Source of the DNA: a virus | DNA length: 22,200 nucleotides | Virus record (IMG/VR): IMGVR_UViG_2029527005_000007 | Location: 74,046-96,245 of that record | Strand: one strand, 5' to 3' | In this document: positions 1-8,462 of the stretch, in pieces | Layout of the letters: every line of letters begins with the position of its first letter | Position numbering within the stretch: the stretch's first letter is position 1 | Translations under genes and position numbers: made by a program | Notes under the pieces: generated by a model | Seen by the model: only the letters and a program-made list of their open reading frames with translations | The model's database searches: none | Told to the model about the DNA's origin: nothing

Positions 1-10
1 GGACTCAGGC

Positions 11-196
11 TTGATTGTTAAGCGCACCACTGTATTCTTTAATAAAGAAAGGAAAGAACATATTGAAATGATCGTTATCTCTGCCCTAGGCAGCTTCCGT
101 GTTTTCGAAGGCGAACATACCAACTTCGAAAAAGAAACCAAGACGGGTTATGTATTACTCACCGACCCAGTTAAGCCAACTAAAAAGTTAGCTTAA
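11..196 (+). CDS. Small hypothetical protein, or 3' end of a gene entering from upstream
   Basis: Frame is open back to the window edge and its stop is followed by a terminator. An alternative ATG lies at 68. Start uncertain. Confidence 0.45.
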   Translation: MIVKRTTVFFNKERKEHIEMIVISALGSFRVFEGEHTNFEKETKTGYVLLTDPVKPTKKLA

Positions 197-231
197 TTCA
201 AGGCGTTAAATCGCTTATGAGTAAATAGTTC

Positions 232-276
232 AGGTACCCTCATTTGAGGGTGCCTTTATTATCCCCTTTATTTTTT
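232..276 (+). terminator. Intrinsic terminator
   Basis: Stem AGGTACCCTC-ATTT-GAGGGTGCCT (232-255) followed by a T-rich tract. Confidence 0.8.
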
Positions 277-299
277 GTCTAAATTTAGATTACAGTTTC

Positions 300-317
300 T
301 TTCAAACCTATATAGTT
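300..317 (+). promoter_or_regulatory. Putative phage early promoter (copy 1 of 4)
   Basis: TTTCAAACCTATATAGTT matches the motif at 5370, 10309 and 16812; most divergent copy. Confidence 0.55.
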
Positions 318-374
318 AGGGTGTATAAGAAAACAATAATGTTTTCTGACATTTAACTTTAATAGGATATCATC

Positions 375-785
375 ATGGAAAACATCAACACTACTGCTGC
401 TAACACTACTTCTGAAACTGTTGTTGAAGTTACTGCTGAGCAGGCAACTCTGAAAGTCGGTGAAGGTGCAACAATGGTTGAGAAAGAAAAGAGCTGGATG
501 AATGCACCAACTGTTGCTGCGCTGGCAGCTGCGAGTACTGCTGCAATCACCATGCTGGGTAAACGCGATCTGAGCATCGGCGCTGTAGTTGGTGCTGCGG
601 CTGGCGTCGGCACTGCATACCTCGGCACCAAATGGCTGAGCGAAGCAATCGGCGTTGAAGATCACGCGCTGGGTAAAGCAATGGGTTTGTTCGTGGGTAT
701 CGATCTGGGTTACGCACTGACCAACCTGGGCGGTAAAGTTCAGGCGCAGTATGTGATCGAAGAGTCAACTCAGAACTACCTGTAA
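375..785 (+). CDS. Hypothetical membrane protein with glycine-zipper helices (136 aa)
   Basis: RBS AGGA upstream. Acidic Thr-rich N-terminus followed by three small-residue hydrophobic segments (e.g. GAVVGAAAGVG, GKAMGLFVG). Confidence 0.8.
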   Translation: MENINTTAANTTSETVVEVTAEQATLKVGEGATMVEKEKSWMNAPTVAALAAASTAAITMLGKRDLSIGAVVGAAAGVGTAYLGTKWLSEAIGVEDHALGKAMGLFVGIDLGYALTNLGGKVQAQYVIEESTQNYL

Positions 786-806
786 TAAATGCAACATCGG
801 CAATAA

Positions 807-832
807 GGGCTGCGTCAATATAGATGCAGCTT
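807..832 (+). other. Intergenic stem-loop (weak terminator or mRNA stability/processing element)
   Basis: GGGCTGCGTC-AATATA-GATGCAGCTT with no immediate U-tract. Confidence 0.5.
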
Positions 833-855
833 AAACTTTTAAAACAATATAGATA

Positions 856-1290
856 ATGGGGTTACACAATATGAACATGAATAAAGCAATCGCAGGTATC
901 AAAACTGTTTTCATCAAACCGGAATTCACTACGCTGGAACAGCGCTTTGAAGATCAGTTGGAAATTCACATTGAGCCTTACGCAGAGCTCGGTGAAAAGC
1001 AGTTAGAGATTCTGCAAGCCATTGCAGACGACGCGCCGTTTATTGATGAACACACTCTGCGCGCAGGCAAAGTTCCAAACCCGTACAACTTCTACGCGTT
1101 CTACAAGCGTGGTAAAGAAACGTACATCTGCCCGGTACACGACTTTAAACAAACCTGTCTGAATCCGCTCTCTATGGAAGAAGACGCAGTACTCCTGGGT
1201 CGCTGGTCAGTGGGCGGATCAGTAAGTGCGGCGCGTTTGAAAGATCTGGTAAAAGAAGGTTACCTGGTCGGTTATGCGATCAAGCGTTAA
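856..1290 (+). CDS. Hypothetical protein (start may be ATG 871)
   Basis: 144-aa ORF filling the gap between the hairpin and a terminator; GGGG at 858-861 is suitably spaced for ATG 871. Confidence 0.8.
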   Translation: MGLHNMNMNKAIAGIKTVFIKPEFTTLEQRFEDQLEIHIEPYAELGEKQLEILQAIADDAPFIDEHTLRAGKVPNPYNFYAFYKRGKETYICPVHDFKQTCLNPLSMEEDAVLLGRWSVGGSVSAARLKDLVKEGYLVGYAIKR

Positions 1291-1293
1291 TTG

Positions 1294-1341
1294 GTAAAGG
1301 GAGCTTCGGCTCCCTTACTTCTTTCTTTTATTTTTTGTTTT
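1294..1341 (+). terminator. Intrinsic terminator with C(UUCG)G tetraloop
   Basis: GGGAGC-TTCG-GCTCCC (1299-1314) followed by a long T tract. Confidence 0.9.
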
Positions 1342-1386
1342 CTCATGGCAACTTTATGTAAACAATTAACTCCAAGGACAATTACT

Positions 1387-1788
1387 ATGTTTTGTGTTGG
1401 CACTCTGTCCAGTGATACGGGATGGGAAACCAAATCCGTAGATAACGCCATGAGTAAGCATTTTTACTACTGGTTTGTGTCGCGTGAAAACCAAAGTCGC
1501 ATTATCTCTAAAGTCCCGAGCTTTTATAAGTTGTGGAAAGACTACGGAGAGAAGCAAAACGAAATGGTGTCTAACACGCAGACCTATTTAACTTCCTACA
1601 TGCAAGAACTGTTCGATGACGTCACGGTTACTGTTAACGTTGAGGCTGTCGACAACAGTATTTCTATGTACCGTTTACTGGTATCCTGCATTGTTAACTA
1701 TCAGGGTACTCGCTACAGTTTGGCGAAAGTTGTTTCTGTTCGCCCAGACTCTTTTAATCTCCTCGACAAACACAGGTTAGGAACATGA
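1387..1788 (+). CDS. Hypothetical protein (133 aa), possibly T4 gp25-like baseplate/sheath-initiator fold
   Basis: True start is probably ATG 1387 (AAGGA upstream), since the 1291 extension reads through the terminator. A helix-then-strands pattern (LTSYMQELFDDVTVTVNV...YRLLVSCIV) suggests gp25-like; speculative. Confidence 0.7.
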   Translation: MFCVGTLSSDTGWETKSVDNAMSKHFYYWFVSRENQSRIISKVPSFYKLWKDYGEKQNEMVSNTQTYLTSYMQELFDDVTVTVNVEAVDNSISMYRLLVSCIVNYQGTRYSLAKVVSVRPDSFNLLDKHRLGT

Positions 1789-2594
1789 ACGCAGATGAAT
1801 TTTTGGGGATGTCTCCCGAGCACCAAGCGAAGATCCGCAGCAGCTTTGATTTCTTGAATCAGCTGGATGTGCAGAACATCGGTGGTACGGACTTCCTCAC
1901 TAAAGACGGTGTGCCGCTGAATGCGCTGCGCATGGTCAAAGAAAGTGATTTCGTAAAAGAGTGGCTGGTGCCGTTTGCACTGAACAATACCGCAACGCGC
2001 AACAACTACTTCAACTTCCCGAAATGGGGCGAGCTCAGTAACCAACACACCATGTGCGTGCTGGTTGTTGACGACAACGACTCCAGCAAACGCCTGTTCG
2101 TGGTGAAACCGCTGGCCAGTTATGAGATGTCTCCGCAAGAGCGCGAGATCATGCGCCAAGCCACAGCTGCGCTGCAAACCAGCATCCAAACCACATTGGA
2201 TGGTCAAGAGCCGGAACTCTCATCCGATCGCATCGTGGAAACCGCCAAGCAGTACATCACCAACGATGTCAACACGCCGATTCATGAACTCATTCCAACC
2301 GAGTTCTACCACAAACACGGTCTGTATGTCACTGCGCTGCGCGAAGCCGTTTGGGTGCGTGACGAATTCCTGGAAGGCAACATGAGTCGTGAAGACTTTA
2401 GTCGTTTCCTGGAGATTCGCACCAAGGAAGAACGCGACGGCGTAGCAACTCGCGAAGAGTACGAATTCATTCGTTCTTTCGTGCCGCACTTTGAAATCCC
2501 GGAAGACAAACTGGCTGCTCATGGCGATAAAGGCGGACAAGTGAAAAATAACGGTGATGACAATAATACTGTTATTGATCCCATGTCTTGTTAA
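1785..2594 (+). CDS. Hypothetical protein (269 aa, acidic)
   Basis: ATGA overlap with the upstream gene; long ORF in operon context; no motif recognised. Confidence 0.85.
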   Translation: MNADEFLGMSPEHQAKIRSSFDFLNQLDVQNIGGTDFLTKDGVPLNALRMVKESDFVKEWLVPFALNNTATRNNYFNFPKWGELSNQHTMCVLVVDDNDSSKRLFVVKPLASYEMSPQEREIMRQATAALQTSIQTTLDGQEPELSSDRIVETAKQYITNDVNTPIHELIPTEFYHKHGLYVTALREAVWVRDEFLEGNMSREDFSRFLEIRTKEERDGVATREEYEFIRSFVPHFEIPEDKLAAHGDKGGQVKNNGDDNNTVIDPMSC

Positions 2595-2603
2595 GGAGCG
2601 CTG

Positions 2604-3719
2604 ATGCGTCTGCTGTCTTGTTCTGATTTACACACTTGCCACCGACGCACACCCACTGCTCACATTTTACGCAACATGTCTCGCTTTTTCTACACGGATG
2701 TAGATTTAGCAAACGTTGATTTAATTCTGATCAGTGGAGATGTGTTTGATCGGTTCGTCGACAACGACAACCCTGACTTCCTGTTGACCTTGGAGTGGTT
2801 TAAACAGTTCTTTGTTAAGTGTAAACAACACAACGTGATTGTGCGGTTCACCGAAGGTACGACCCTGCACGATTGGGGGCAACCTCGCCACATTATGTTT
2901 TCTGTTGAAGAAGGCACGAATGTCAAGTACTTTGATGAGATCGCCATTGAAACCATCGAAGAGCTGAATAACCTCACCATCATGTATGTGCCAGACAACA
3001 TGTCTGACAAAACCCCGGACGAGATCTGGGAACGTGCTTTGCAGGTACTGACTGCTGCACAGTTAGACAAGGTTGATCTGATTGCTTTCCACGGTGGGTT
3101 CTACTGGCAGCTTCCGGAAAAAGCGCGCAAGCATGCGCACATGGAAGACCGCTGGAAAACCATTGTGAAGTACGGGATCTTTTCAGGCCATATTCATATT
3201 CCGGGTTCCTGGGAAGACATCATTTATAGTAACGGTTCATTTGACCGTATTCGTCACGGTGAAGAACATTCCAAAGGCGCATGGATTGTTGACATTGATC
3301 AGCAGAAAGAGATCAAGACAACGCGCTTCTGGGTTAATGAATTTGCCATGCCTTACCGCAGTGTTCGTGTCAGTATTGATGACTTGCCGGAATCGATTGT
3401 GTTATCGGTTAAGCATCTGCTGCAAAGCCAGAAGTTTCCTGTGGGTTCGCAGTTCCGTATTCAGGGCGGACATAAATCGGTGGTGAAGCCGATCATTAGT
3501 TCGCTGGTAAAAGAGTACCCTGATTATGGTTTTGCGGAAGACTCCGAAGATGATGAAGTATTGGTTGAACAAGATCTCTTCCAGACTTCAGATTATAAAG
3601 GTGTTGCGGTAACACAGGAAAATATCTTTGGTCACATTGAGCCTGACGTGATGGGTAAATTGGCGGGGTCAGATATTACACGTGACGAAGCGCTGGACGT
3701 ATTGAAGGAATTCTTATGA
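2604..3719 (+). CDS. sbcD: SbcD/Mre11-like metallophosphoesterase nuclease
   Basis: Calcineurin-like motifs SDLH, SGDVFD, EGTTLHD (GNHD variant), FHG and SGHIH; RBS AAGGAG. Confidence 0.85.
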   Translation: MRLLSCSDLHTCHRRTPTAHILRNMSRFFYTDVDLANVDLILISGDVFDRFVDNDNPDFLLTLEWFKQFFVKCKQHNVIVRFTEGTTLHDWGQPRHIMFSVEEGTNVKYFDEIAIETIEELNNLTIMYVPDNMSDKTPDEIWERALQVLTAAQLDKVDLIAFHGGFYWQLPEKARKHAHMEDRWKTIVKYGIFSGHIHIPGSWEDIIYSNGSFDRIRHGEEHSKGAWIVDIDQQKEIKTTRFWVNEFAMPYRSVRVSIDDLPESIVLSVKHLLQSQKFPVGSQFRIQGGHKSVVKPIISSLVKEYPDYGFAEDSEDDEVLVEQDLFQTSDYKGVAVTQENIFGHIEPDVMGKLAGSDITRDEALDVLKEFL

Positions 3720-4504
3720 GAACCTTAGGTGCGTTTAATATGTCGGTGGGAACGTCGATGGCATTGGAAAAAGATGCCATTGATGAGATCACTGTAACGA
3801 ATACGTTTCTGGTTAACTTGCGTACTTTGGTGCGCAACGTTATTCAGAGCTATGCCGCTGACGATATTATTGACGCAGAAACCGTGATTAAAGACACCAA
3901 GTCTGATCTCACGGAGCTGGCGAAGTGGCTGGCTGCTGCTGTAGGGCGTCGGAGTTTGGTATTCACGGTTTACTATCCGTCTTACAAATCACTGCGTTCT
4001 GTTTACAGCAAAGCAGATCTGGTCACCGATGAAACCCGACGGGAAAAGGCGCGACAGCAGAACAACTTGATTGAGAAAGTTTGTTTGAAGCTGTGCCAAG
4101 AGTTCCCACAACAGATCACTAAAACGGATACACAACTTCCGAAGTTTGGTGGTCGAGGGTTGATTATTACACATCACGTTGTTGATCTCACGATGACGAC
4201 ATCAACGACGCGATTAAAACTTTTAGAATCACACACGGGTACAGCTAAACCGTACACCAAGTGGTATACGAAATTAACCGGAGGTAAAGACCTTTTCTAC
4301 ATGCCGTTTAATCGACTCAGCATTCAAGTCTTTGGGGATAAAGCCACAAACTTTTATTCATCCTCTATGGGTCTGAAGAAGTTGATTGAAGATCTCGCCA
4401 TTGCGAAACAATGGAACTCTGGTACAAGTTACTCCAAAGTCCGTTCCGACATTAACGGGCTGCCTCCTGGCATTACTAAAGCGGGCTTGAAGTTATTACT
4501 TTAA
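3716..4504 (+). CDS. Conserved hypothetical protein resembling a degenerate FEN/T4 RNase H-like 5'-nuclease
   Basis: ATGA overlap with sbcD. Segments FLVNLRTLVRN, LIITHHVVDL and QVFGDK fall in FEN motif order but lack most acidic residues. Confidence 0.6.
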   Translation: MRTLGAFNMSVGTSMALEKDAIDEITVTNTFLVNLRTLVRNVIQSYAADDIIDAETVIKDTKSDLTELAKWLAAAVGRRSLVFTVYYPSYKSLRSVYSKADLVTDETRREKARQQNNLIEKVCLKLCQEFPQQITKTDTQLPKFGGRGLIITHHVVDLTMTTSTTRLKLLESHTGTAKPYTKWYTKLTGGKDLFYMPFNRLSIQVFGDKATNFYSSSMGLKKLIEDLAIAKQWNSGTSYSKVRSDINGLPPGITKAGLKLLL

Positions 4505-4567
4505 AACTGCACACCCTTTATATATGTAGACTTATAACCGAATTTTAGAAATTACAAGGATTAGATC

Positions 4568-5311
4568 ATGTCAGATTTCCAGCGCCCGCAAAACCAGTCT
4601 CGTCCGAAGACCATGCTGAACGATTATTCTCAGCCGCACCCGGAAACCGAACAACCTCTGCAAGGTGCCAAGCACAACGGCGCACTGCGTTTTGAACAGA
4701 AAGTCAACGGCGATATCGTCCTGCGTGTGTTCGACGGTATCTGGAGTCAGGAAAAGCGTGTTACTCGTGAAGTCACGCTGAACTACAACGAACGTGGTGT
4801 GCTGTTTGATACCATTCGTCAGGCGGCAGATATCAACACTCCGTTCTCTTCTGCGCAGCTGCCGATCAATCAGCAGGCGTGGGTTCGCGGCAACGACGGT
4901 AAAAGCAAACGTACCGACGAGCCGGTAAACAGCTGTAACTTCATCATCTCTCGTGATGAGAAAGGTCGTGTTACACTGACCTATCAGAAAGGCGACTACA
5001 GCTTCAAAACTGTATTCCGTATGGCGAACGTTGCGGCAATGCGCGTTAAGAACGCCGACGGCACTACCAGCGAAGACTTCGGCATGCCGAGCCGCGCTTC
5101 TGCTCGCGCCTGGTGTAACTTCCACGAAGAACTCCTGAACGATCTGGAGTGGAAAGCCTGGAAACCGAAAGGCGGCAATAATAACAATAACTCCAACGGT
5201 GGTGGCGGTAATAACAACTGGCAGAACCGTAACAACAACAATGGTGGTGGCAATGGCGGCGGCGCGATGGCAGCAACCACGCAGGAATTCGATGACGATA
5301 TCGAATGGTAA
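4568..5311 (+). CDS. chmC: ChmC-like (phiKZ gp67/Imp6 position) nucleic-acid-binding protein with Gly/Asn-rich disordered tail
   Basis: Directly upstream of the gp68-like gene; beta-rich core compatible with a Whirly fold; N/G-rich tail as described for ChmC; RBS AAGGA. Synteny plus architecture. Confidence 0.65.
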   Translation: MSDFQRPQNQSRPKTMLNDYSQPHPETEQPLQGAKHNGALRFEQKVNGDIVLRVFDGIWSQEKRVTREVTLNYNERGVLFDTIRQAADINTPFSSAQLPINQQAWVRGNDGKSKRTDEPVNSCNFIISRDEKGRVTLTYQKGDYSFKTVFRMANVAAMRVKNADGTTSEDFGMPSRASARAWCNFHEELLNDLEWKAWKPKGGNNNNNSNGGGGNNNWQNRNNNNGGGNGGGAMAATTQEFDDDIEW

Positions 5312-5337
5312 TAGCCAGACCTAAATAAATAGGCAGC

Positions 5338-5372
5338 CTAGGCGGGGGAAACCCTGCCTAGCTATTTATTTT
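5338..5372 (+). terminator. Intrinsic terminator with GAAA tetraloop
   Basis: CTAGGCGGGG-GAAA-CCCTGCCTAG (5338-5361) then CTATTTATTTT. Confidence 0.8.
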
Positions 5373-5387
5373 CAGACCTACATTATC
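5370..5387 (+). promoter_or_regulatory. Putative phage early promoter (copy 2 of 4)
   Basis: TTTCAGACCTACATTATC, 39 nt before the ATG at 5426. Confidence 0.65.
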
Positions 5388-5425
5388 TAACTAGTATAAA
5401 CGTAAATAATGGAAAGTGAGGCACT

Positions 5426-6997
5426 ATGTCTTTAAACATCTTTACCGTCCGTAACTCCAAAAAGAATTTTGATCGCTTAACAGTGGTCTGGGAGCAGGGT
5501 GAAGAGAAGCGCCATCTGCACTTCATGGGTAAGGGGTCGATTAAATTAGCCGAAGTTAAAAAGGAAGACAACGATGCGGACATGGAGTTATTTGCTCCGC
5601 TGAACAGCTATTTCGAAATGGCGCTGTCACCTGAACAACAGAAGCAGCTTTTTGATTTATATCAGCGCGGCGCAGATATCATTGAAGACGGTGAATTCGT
5701 CTCCTATGAAAAAGAGATGCGTCGCATTGAGCCAGTAATTCATGACATCCTGAGCTTGGTAAAACCTCAGAACCTCATGAATTACTTTGAGCATTCATCG
5801 AAGTTCATGGTGATCCCCAAAGACCTCAAGACCACCACTGGTCACGGTTACTATCCGCGGGAAACCACCTTCATCGTAGAAGACTACGTGAACATCGTGA
5901 AGGCGACGTTTTTAATTCGTACTGTGTTTCCTATTTTCTTCGGACTGCTTAGTCGACTGGAATCCTTTACTGGCTCCAGCTATGCCGAGCTGCTCTGCGG
6001 AACGTTACTGCGCAGCAACAGTGTCATCACTGAAACCGCAGCGTGGAAGCGACTGGAGAGCTACGTCAAGCACTCCTTTATGAAGAACACGCAAGCTGAT
6101 GCATCAATTCAGGTAGGTTCCACAGAACACACCATCGCGATGATTCTCAGCCGTATCGTCTTTAACCGTTTGTGTGTGGCAATCATTCCGGAAACTGAAA
6201 AAGGCAAATCCATTATCAATGCGATTTCCTCTGAAGTTAAACAGTTTGAGAACAACAACAACGGCTACCGTAAGAAAGAGAGCTACGGTGACGAAGACGA
6301 CAACAGCTCGTTCCTGGATGAACACCAGATCACCGAAGAAGTCCCCATGGCGAAAATCACGCAGATGGCGGAATACTTCTCCTTTGGTCTGCGCGATGAG
6401 AAAGATCAAGAACGTTTCACCAATCGTTTCAAACACCAGTGCTATGGCCTGGGTATCAAGAACGAGAAGCTGGTTGACATGATTTACGATCGTCTGCCAA
6501 CGGTGTGGAACTTCCAGCTCACTAAACCGATGCGTACGTTATTACAAATGACGTTTGCCGGCGATGTGTCTGAGCGCATCTATGATCATTGTGATTATCT
6601 GCAACTCACCGCGGCAATCTGTTTAGCGCAGGTGCGGTTATCAGAAAAAGGTTACGTCTATCTGCCGTCTCTGCTGTGCGCACAGTTTGCACAAGACGGA
6701 GTACAATCCGGTAACTCATTCCTGACACTGAGCAATGAAGATCGCGCACGACTGGGCGAGCTCTGCGACGTGCAGTCAAAGAACAACGAAGGCGGCAGCT
6801 TTAATGAAGCAGCGCTCTACGTGAAGGAGTTCTTTGAGGAACTGGAGAGCAATCAGTGGGAAAGTAATTTGGAGTTTGGGATCCTGGGAAATCCTGAACT
6901 GTACAGCAAAGTTAAGAAAGGTGACATGTTCGACCTTGAAATCACGGTTGAAGTCAAAGCCGAAGTCATGCGCCTTATCAATGAAATCAATCAGTAA
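5426..6997 (+). CDS. Non-virion RNA polymerase promoter-specificity subunit (phiKZ gp68-like)
   Basis: 523-aa, largely helical protein at the gp68 position in the gp67-68-69-70-71/73-74-75 order; size and synteny only. Confidence 0.7.
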   Translation: MSLNIFTVRNSKKNFDRLTVVWEQGEEKRHLHFMGKGSIKLAEVKKEDNDADMELFAPLNSYFEMALSPEQQKQLFDLYQRGADIIEDGEFVSYEKEMRRIEPVIHDILSLVKPQNLMNYFEHSSKFMVIPKDLKTTTGHGYYPRETTFIVEDYVNIVKATFLIRTVFPIFFGLLSRLESFTGSSYAELLCGTLLRSNSVITETAAWKRLESYVKHSFMKNTQADASIQVGSTEHTIAMILSRIVFNRLCVAIIPETEKGKSIINAISSEVKQFENNNNGYRKKESYGDEDDNSSFLDEHQITEEVPMAKITQMAEYFSFGLRDEKDQERFTNRFKHQCYGLGIKNEKLVDMIYDRLPTVWNFQLTKPMRTLLQMTFAGDVSERIYDHCDYLQLTAAICLAQVRLSEKGYVYLPSLLCAQFAQDGVQSGNSFLTLSNEDRARLGELCDVQSKNNEGGSFNEAALYVKEFFEELESNQWESNLEFGILGNPELYSKVKKGDMFDLEITVEVKAEVMRLINEINQ

Positions 6998-7017
6998 GTA
7001 AACGGGGACAGTGAAAG

Positions 7018-8439
7018 ATGAGTGAGATTAGATTAAACCAGGTTATGATCGGTATCGGCAACAACGTACACGATCAGTTCCATCGTTCAAACCGTATTGA
7101 CATTTTGGAAGACCTCGCCAACCGCGCCGCGCATGAGCGTTTCTCTGGCGGCATTACTCCGGCAACCATTGCACAGATGGGGATCACCGGCGGCGGCTTA
7201 GCAGCACAGCACTCTGGTCTGATTAACGTGGAAGGTGGCTGGAACCAGCGTCGTGGTCTGGCGATGTTACGCATGACCGTGGTAAACAATGCGCTGCAAG
7301 AAGACACCATGTCGGTACTGGGTTATCTTTCTGGCGGCGGCATGGCAATGGGTTCAATGGTGCCGGACGACGTACTCTTTATTCCGGTACGTAGCTGGAC
7401 CATGTCAACGTCAGCAACTCAGGACGTTCAGTATATGCCGACCACGTCGCGCATGATCACTGAGACATCACAATTCCTGATGGCGGACCCGGAGATGATT
7501 CGTCAGCTTCGTACTATCCGTCCGGTAGACGTGATCACTCACGGCTTTGGTCAGGTAGCAGCTGAAGAAGAAGACAGCAACATTCCGTATGCTGGCTCAA
7601 CCAACGCTGACCTGAACCATAACGGTGTGATCGTGTCTAAGGGCTCTAACCTGGATCCGCTGACCAACGCCCAAACCATCATGACGCATGCGGCACGTGT
7701 TTCTCGCCAACAGGTTTCTCATAACCTGCTTAGCGAAAACATGGCGATGAGCATGGGTGGGATTAGTGAGCAGGAGATCTTTGAACATCCGTTCCTGTCA
7801 CTGATGATGTCTGCGCTGGGCATGCCGAGCTATCAGGGCTTTATCGGTTTTACCTTTGGTGAGTTGCGTCAGGTGTTCCAGGGCTTTGACACTGCGGTGT
7901 TGCCAGCCACTGACCGTAACATCGAAGCACACAACCATCAGCTCGACAGCGATGTGATGGGTGAAGTGAGCTACCACGAAAAGATCGCTAACGAACTGGC
8001 GTTTATCTGTATGCACGCCATGATCGATGTGGGTCTGGTGTTCCTGGAGTTCGCTGCGAGTAATACCTCTTCCAACATGGGTATCCTCAACGGCGACATT
8101 TACTTCAACCCTGGTATTCCGGCCGGCGTATTGCCAAACGACCCGAACCTGCAAAACCGCGTGGAATCTCTGAAGGACTATATCTCTTCTACGTTCTTCC
8201 AGAAGTATGCGGTAAAAGCGCTGGGCAATTCTACACCGATGGAAGTTGCGGTGAAGATGAACCTGTTCGGTGAGTGTGTGGTGGATATCGTTCTCAACGG
8301 TGACTACGCCAACTCCAAGAAGAAGGTGTTCCCGTCTTACACCATTAACCGCGCAAGTTCTAACCTGGCGACCGACGAAGCGCAGGAAAGCATGGCATTG
8401 CAATACGTCGACAACCTGAAGAATTACTTCATTAAATAA
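7018..8439 (+). CDS. picA: Putative phage-nucleus protein import factor PicA/Imp1 (phiKZ gp69-like)
   Basis: 473-aa ORF directly after the gp68-like gene; synteny only, no motif recognised. Confidence 0.6.
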   Translation: MSEIRLNQVMIGIGNNVHDQFHRSNRIDILEDLANRAAHERFSGGITPATIAQMGITGGGLAAQHSGLINVEGGWNQRRGLAMLRMTVVNNALQEDTMSVLGYLSGGGMAMGSMVPDDVLFIPVRSWTMSTSATQDVQYMPTTSRMITETSQFLMADPEMIRQLRTIRPVDVITHGFGQVAAEEEDSNIPYAGSTNADLNHNGVIVSKGSNLDPLTNAQTIMTHAARVSRQQVSHNLLSENMAMSMGGISEQEIFEHPFLSLMMSALGMPSYQGFIGFTFGELRQVFQGFDTAVLPATDRNIEAHNHQLDSDVMGEVSYHEKIANELAFICMHAMIDVGLVFLEFAASNTSSNMGILNGDIYFNPGIPAGVLPNDPNLQNRVESLKDYISSTFFQKYAVKALGNSTPMEVAVKMNLFGECVVDIVLNGDYANSKKKVFPSYTINRASSNLATDEAQESMALQYVDNLKNYFIK

Positions 8440-8462
8440 ATTTCTAAAATACAGGATAACTC

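Noticed and set aside
1291-1386. N-terminal extension of ORF 1291-1788 resembling a signal peptide
   Set aside because: It is the translated terminator and T-tract; the RBS supports ATG 1387.
5170-5262. AAC/GGT trinucleotide runs as a DNA repeat element
   Set aside because: Mixed synonymous codons encode an Asn/Gly linker; this is a protein-level feature.
5316-5380. CAGACCTA direct repeat flanking the terminator as a target-site duplication
   Set aside because: Only 8 bp with no mobile element between; more simply a partial copy of the promoter motif, or chance.
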